This document shows, piece by piece, positions 15,266 to 19,052 of a stretch of DNA of 19,052 nucleotides (positions are counted from its first letter, which is position 1; each line of letters opens with the position of its first letter). Source of the stretch: Thermotogota bacterium (GTDB lineage Bacteria; Thermotogota; Thermotogae; Petrotogales; Kosmotogaceae); NCBI GenBank assembly GCA_034660555.1, contig JAYEJL010000038.1, forward strand, positions 1 through 19,052, in the 5' to 3' direction. The notes below the pieces were generated by a model, which did not search any database, was not told the DNA's origin, and saw only the letters and a program-made list of their open reading frames with translations. A program made the position numbers and the translations under genes.

Positions 15266-16999
15266 TTAGTTTGGAGGACCTGGTGATGTGTATGTTGTGG
15301 TTGCGCCGATAGTTCCATAGGCAACACTGAGTAATCTTTCTGTTCCGAATTCTGTGTCTGGAGAAATATATTTAATTCTATACCGGGTAGTTATTTCAGT
15401 TGAAATTTTGTTAACAACATCCCCAAAGCCTTTTTTGCTTTTAATATTGCGAAAACCACCAGGAATTACCCGAGTCAACTCCTCAAATTCAGCAATATTT
15501 AGCGGTCCTACAAGAATCAGACTGGTCTTCGAAGCTGAAAATTTGTTTCTTACATCTTCTGCAGTTACTTGAGATAATTCAGTACCATCACCTAAATAAT
15601 GAGGTTTAGCATCGGTAATAAGAATCATGAATCTCTGTGCACTTTCTCTAAAATTCATTGATAAACCATAATATGAAGCATCTAAAGCTATTTCCGGGAC
15701 GTCTCCTCCCCCATAGGCAACCTGCTGTTCTAAAATATTCTTTATGTACTCAAAATCTTTGCTAAACCCTTCGCGCACTCTTATCTCATCACCAAAAGTA
15801 ATAAGTCCTATTCTCGCATCTATATGTGAACTTTCAAGTGCATTGATAAATTCTTTGAGGTTGCTTACTACATCACCAAGTTCCTGAATCATACTGGATG
15901 TTGTATCGAGAACAATCAGAAAATCAGCTGTGGATTTCTTAATACAATCAAGTGATTCGATTGCTACTGGCTCAACCTTATTTTGATTTTCCGTGATGTT
16001 GAAAAATTCGAGCTGTTTTTCTCCAGATGTTGTTACATTTACATTTGCTGTTACAGCAGGAAAATCAACTGTAATAACGGATACTATTTCAATATCTTCT
16101 ATTTTTTCGATTTCTGGAATTAAGTAATCGTTAGAAACAGAACTATCCGTTTCTTTATTCATTACCTTTACGGTAATCTGTTCACCGGAAGAAAAATCTG
16201 GAAAGGAAAGCTGAGTTACATATTCTATGGTTGCGTAAAATTCGTAGAACATAAACATTTCATCTATTCTTTCCACAAAATTCCCACCGTTAAACGGGAA
16301 CAATATCCCTCCACTCAAATTTGTAAGTTCATTGAACCTTTTATCAGGATCAGAATAAAAAATAAAGATCGTTATATCACTGTCTATAATATTTTCTTTA
16401 AGTTCATTAATAGCAAATTCATTGATTTTGTTTTGCTTCGTATCTTCATCGGTAAAAAGAATTATCAGTTTTGAAGCAGAGTATCTAAAATCATAATTTG
16501 ATGCCACTCTCAATGCTTCTATCTGACACTCATTTCTGCCTCCACGAAAGCTGGCTGCTTTTTCTATCCATCTCTTTGTTTGCTCCACGGAATAAGTGAA
16601 GTGAGAAAAACCACCGGTAAACTCCGTGTTGACCTCTGAACCAAAACCCATAACTGAGAATCTGACATTATACCCCTGCCCTGACATTTTTTCTAACAAC
16701 TCATCTGCTTTATTCTTTACATAATTCATTCTCGGTTCCATCGTACCTGAATTATCTATAACCAGCACTATATCAATAGGTTTTCTGAGAACACTCGAAT
16801 GTATCTCAATCGATTTAATTTTAGCCGGTATACCTTCTTCAAAAATTTCAATATTTTTAAATGAAAGCCTTTCTCCGCTTATATTCAATCTAACGAATGG
16901 AAAATCACTGCGATCTATACTGTGGATAGTTAATGAAGAAAAAGTCATCGATGAGATTATTACAAGTATAATGAAGAATAACGGAATCTCTCTTTTCAT
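15266..16999 (-). CDS. Secreted tandem von Willebrand factor A (VWA) domain protein
   Basis: Signal peptide followed by two repeats with MIDAS-like motifs DIVLVIDNSGTM..ILFTD and DFLIVLDTTSSM..ILITD. AGGGGGTG RBS favours ATG 16999. Confidence 0.85.
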   Translation of the reverse strand: MKREIPLFFIILVIISSMTFSSLTIHSIDRSDFPFVRLNISGERLSFKNIEIFEEGIPAKIKSIEIHSSVLRKPIDIVLVIDNSGTMEPRMNYVKNKADELLEKMSGQGYNVRFSVMGFGSEVNTEFTGGFSHFTYSVEQTKRWIEKAASFRGGRNECQIEALRVASNYDFRYSASKLIILFTDEDTKQNKINEFAINELKENIIDSDITIFIFYSDPDKRFNELTNLSGGILFPFNGGNFVERIDEMFMFYEFYATIEYVTQLSFPDFSSGEQITVKVMNKETDSSVSNDYLIPEIEKIEDIEIVSVITVDFPAVTANVNVTTSGEKQLEFFNITENQNKVEPVAIESLDCIKKSTADFLIVLDTTSSMIQELGDVVSNLKEFINALESSHIDARIGLITFGDEIRVREGFSKDFEYIKNILEQQVAYGGGDVPEIALDASYYGLSMNFRESAQRFMILITDAKPHYLGDGTELSQVTAEDVRNKFSASKTSLILVGPLNIAEFEELTRVIPGGFRNIKSKKGFGDVVNKISTEITTRYRIKYISPDTEFGTERLLSVAYGTIGATTTYTSPGPPN

Positions 17000-17198
17000 T
17001 CCCACACCCCCTAAATATCAAAGAACAGTCATTTCAGCGAGGGTTTTAATGTTAGTTTTTTTCAGTACATACTCGAAAATTCTTTTGTATAAATATTTAG
17101 TGGTTAATCAGTTTAAATCTATGTCCTTTTGGTAAATAGCTGAAACGTTATTCCATAAATTAACATTAATTGTAAATTTTTAGCACTTAACTTTCAAA

Positions 17199-17723
17199 CT
17201 ATCTTCCCTGATTATTTTCTGTTTTATTTTTCTTTTTGAATTCTTCAAACCTTTTTCTTGAATCGTTTATTATTTCAATAGCAGCGTCTTTATCACCCCA
17301 GCCTTCACTGCCCGTTTCTTTATTCTCCAGTTCTTTATATATTGAAAAGAAATGCTCTATCTCTCTCAATAAATGAGGGGGAACTTCGTTTAAATTGGAG
17401 ATATGATTCCACAACGGATCTTTCACGGGCACACACAATATCTTTTCATCGATTCCTTTCTCATCCCACATTTTAAAAACCCCGACCGGCACCGCTTCTA
17501 TTAAACAACCGGGAAAAGTTGGTTCTGAGACGAGAACCAGAGCGTCCAGGGGATCATCATCCTGTGCCAGTGTATTCAATATGTAACCGTAGTCACTTGG
17601 ATAATGGACTGCTGAAAAAAGTGTCCTGTCAAATCTTATTCGTTTTCTCTTCTTATCATATTCATACTTGTTTCTGCTTCCTTTAGGTATCTCGACCATG
17701 ATATCAAGTACAGGACCATTCAT
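17199..17723 (-). CDS. ppa: Family I soluble inorganic pyrophosphatase
   Basis: VEIPKGSRNKYEYD, YPSDYG, DDDPLDALV, DEKGIDEKI and HFFSIYKELE motifs. GGAGGTG RBS favours ATG 17723. Confidence 0.95.
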   Translation of the reverse strand: MNGPVLDIMVEIPKGSRNKYEYDKKRKRIRFDRTLFSAVHYPSDYGYILNTLAQDDDPLDALVLVSEPTFPGCLIEAVPVGVFKMWDEKGIDEKILCVPVKDPLWNHISNLNEVPPHLLREIEHFFSIYKELENKETGSEGWGDKDAAIEIINDSRKRFEEFKKKNKTENNQGR

Positions 17724-17826
17724 AACAACACCTCCATTATTATTATACAGCTTCAAACTAACAATAAATAATTAACATAATAGATGGTCTAGCAAGTCTT
17801 CTGAGTTTTTAGTCAGTTGTTCTATA

Positions 17827-18201
17827 ATGAATTTATACAGATATTCTTTGACGACAAATAAGTACCATTGCAGTTCTGACTTACTGGCAAAAGCAAAAGC
17901 AGAATTTGGTTCAACTGCTGTTTTAGCTGACTGGAAAGATATTAAAGAAACTTATGGGAATGATATTGAAGCGTTTTGCAATGATATCGGACTACAAGTT
18001 GATGAAATCAATAGTGCTTTTGTTACCAGAAACAGAGATAATATATATGAAAACACAAATCGCCAGTATTACATAAGCCGATTTAATGGTGATAAACCCG
18101 GGGGATATCTTGCACATAACAGTATAGATAACAATTATCTCTGTCTTGGTTCATGGGATGACTGTACGTTCATAATCTTAGTCAAGCACAGAATTTTCTA
18201 G
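17827..18201 (+). CDS. Hypothetical protein (possibly N-terminally truncated)
   Basis: 124-aa ORF that fills the gap between ppa and the flavodoxin and has protein-like composition (ADWKDIK, YLAHNSI..LGSW). No recognisable RBS. Confidence 0.55.
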   Translation: MNLYRYSLTTNKYHCSSDLLAKAKAEFGSTAVLADWKDIKETYGNDIEAFCNDIGLQVDEINSAFVTRNRDNIYENTNRQYYISRFNGDKPGGYLAHNSIDNNYLCLGSWDDCTFIILVKHRIF

Positions 18202-18209
18202 TTAATTGA

Positions 18210-18749
18210 TCAAAAATTTAATAGTTTTCTGGCCCAGTCACGAGCTTTTTTAATTAAATATTCCAAATCATTCGTACTCTGAAACTCTGCTACACTGATA
18301 ATATTATTACCTTCGAGTATTTCCTCAAAATCATCGAAGGTGTCTCCTGCCATTCCCTCATGTGTACAGAACAAAGCAACATCCTTGTTAATAAAATCTT
18401 GCTGATCAAAGAATGTATTGAAGGGTGGTGCATATGTCAGTGTCCAAACCGGAGTTCCAAGAACAATCAAATCATAATCATCTGGATTATAAGTCAGCTT
18501 TTCAATTTCGGGCTTTGCATCCATTTCTACCGATTCCTGACCCCAGATATATTCCTCTTTATCCTCATCTTTTTCATAACCTTCAAATTGTTCAGGGTTT
18601 TCTACATGCTGATAGAAAGATCTCTTTCCCTTTTCTTTTGGTACAAGTCTTTGAATATCTGCTCCAATTTCATGTGCTATTGACGCAGCAATTTTCTTTG
18701 TAAATTCATCATAAGAATAATAAACCAACAACGCTTTCTTTTCTGCCAT
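18210..18749 (-). CDS. Flavodoxin-like protein
   Basis: LLVYYS..TKKIA, DYDLIVLGTPVW..APP and VALFCTHEG motifs. GGGAGGTG RBS. Confidence 0.85.
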   Translation of the reverse strand: MAEKKALLVYYSYDEFTKKIAASIAHEIGADIQRLVPKEKGKRSFYQHVENPEQFEGYEKDEDKEEYIWGQESVEMDAKPEIEKLTYNPDDYDLIVLGTPVWTLTYAPPFNTFFDQQDFINKDVALFCTHEGMAGDTFDDFEEILEGNNIISVAEFQSTNDLEYLIKKARDWARKLLNF

Positions 18750-18842
18750 TTTATCACCTCCCCATACGATTTTTTTATGAAGCAGTCTCTATTATTTTAC
18801 CTATCAAAGAAAGTTTACTACACTTTTGTTTATTCATATAAC

Positions 18843-18879
18843 AAAACAGCCTGTATTTTCGGTTGACAGGCTGTTTTTT
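18843..18879. terminator. Terminator downstream of the PfpI gene
   Basis: AAAACAGCCTGT-11 nt-ACAGGCTGTTTTTT. Confidence 0.8.
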
Positions 18880-18880
18880 A

Positions 18881-19052
18881 TTAAAGATTCTTTAGCACTT
18901 CTACGAATTTTTTCATCCAAATATAGAGATCTCCAGGATGTCTTGCACTCACCCAGTTGCGATCAACTACCACTTCTTTATTTTCAAAGCTAGCTCCTGC
19001 GTTTTCAACATCATCTCTTATAGTAACAACAGATGTACCTTTTCTACCCTTC
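18881..19052 (-). CDS. PfpI/DJ-1 family (type 1 glutamine amidotransferase fold) protein, C-terminal part (not in the ORF track)
   Basis: Manual translation gives KGRKGTSVVTIRDDVENAGASFENKEVVVDRNWVSARHPGDLYIWMKKFVEVLKNL*, a typical PfpI C-terminus. Confidence 0.88.
   Translation of the reverse strand, partial: KGRKGTSVVTIRDDVENAGASFENKEVVVDRNWVSARHPGDLYIWMKKFVEVLKNL

Noticed and set aside
625..18703. Numerous 60-107 aa ORFs nested in or antisense to confident genes (e.g. 625-810, 1705-1887, 2343-2730, 5165-5728, 7246-7840, 8320-8592, 9475-9723, 11533-12542, 12908-13177, 15354-15572, 18360-18703)
   Set aside because: They are shadow frames of well-supported CDSs, with no motifs or RBS.
1..19052. 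CRISPR array, transposase, prophage or defence system
   Set aside because: I found no regularly spaced repeats and no recognisable mobile-element or defence domains by eye.

Overview
An AT-rich, gene-dense bacterial chromosomal segment. Gene content and protein style suggest an anaerobe of the Thermotogota (Kosmotoga/Petrotoga-like), which is an inference only. In order, it holds: the 3' end of a DEAD-box helicase (DbpA domain); a nitroreductase; a PepV-type M20 dipeptidase; a membrane GAF-GGDEF diguanylate cyclase; a convergent, tightly coupled three-gene operon (two paralogous LivJ-like binding proteins plus a membrane protein with a catalytically degenerate HD-GYP domain); an arginine synthetase (ArcE)/cDPGS-like ATPase with a candidate ARG box; an orphan ThiS/MoaD sulfur carrier; tRNA-Pro(GGG); a secreted GH13 amylase with a DOMON-like tail; a HAD 5'(3')-nucleotidase; a secreted TPR/beta-propeller protein; a tandem double-VWA protein; a family I pyrophosphatase; a small hypothetical protein; an atypical flavodoxin; and the 3' end of a PfpI/DJ-1 protein. 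I saw no CRISPR array, integrase or transposase. The best candidate for an undescribed system is the c-di-GMP module at 2793-7905 (two transporter-less binding proteins, a pseudo-HD-GYP membrane protein and an apparently active cyclase).
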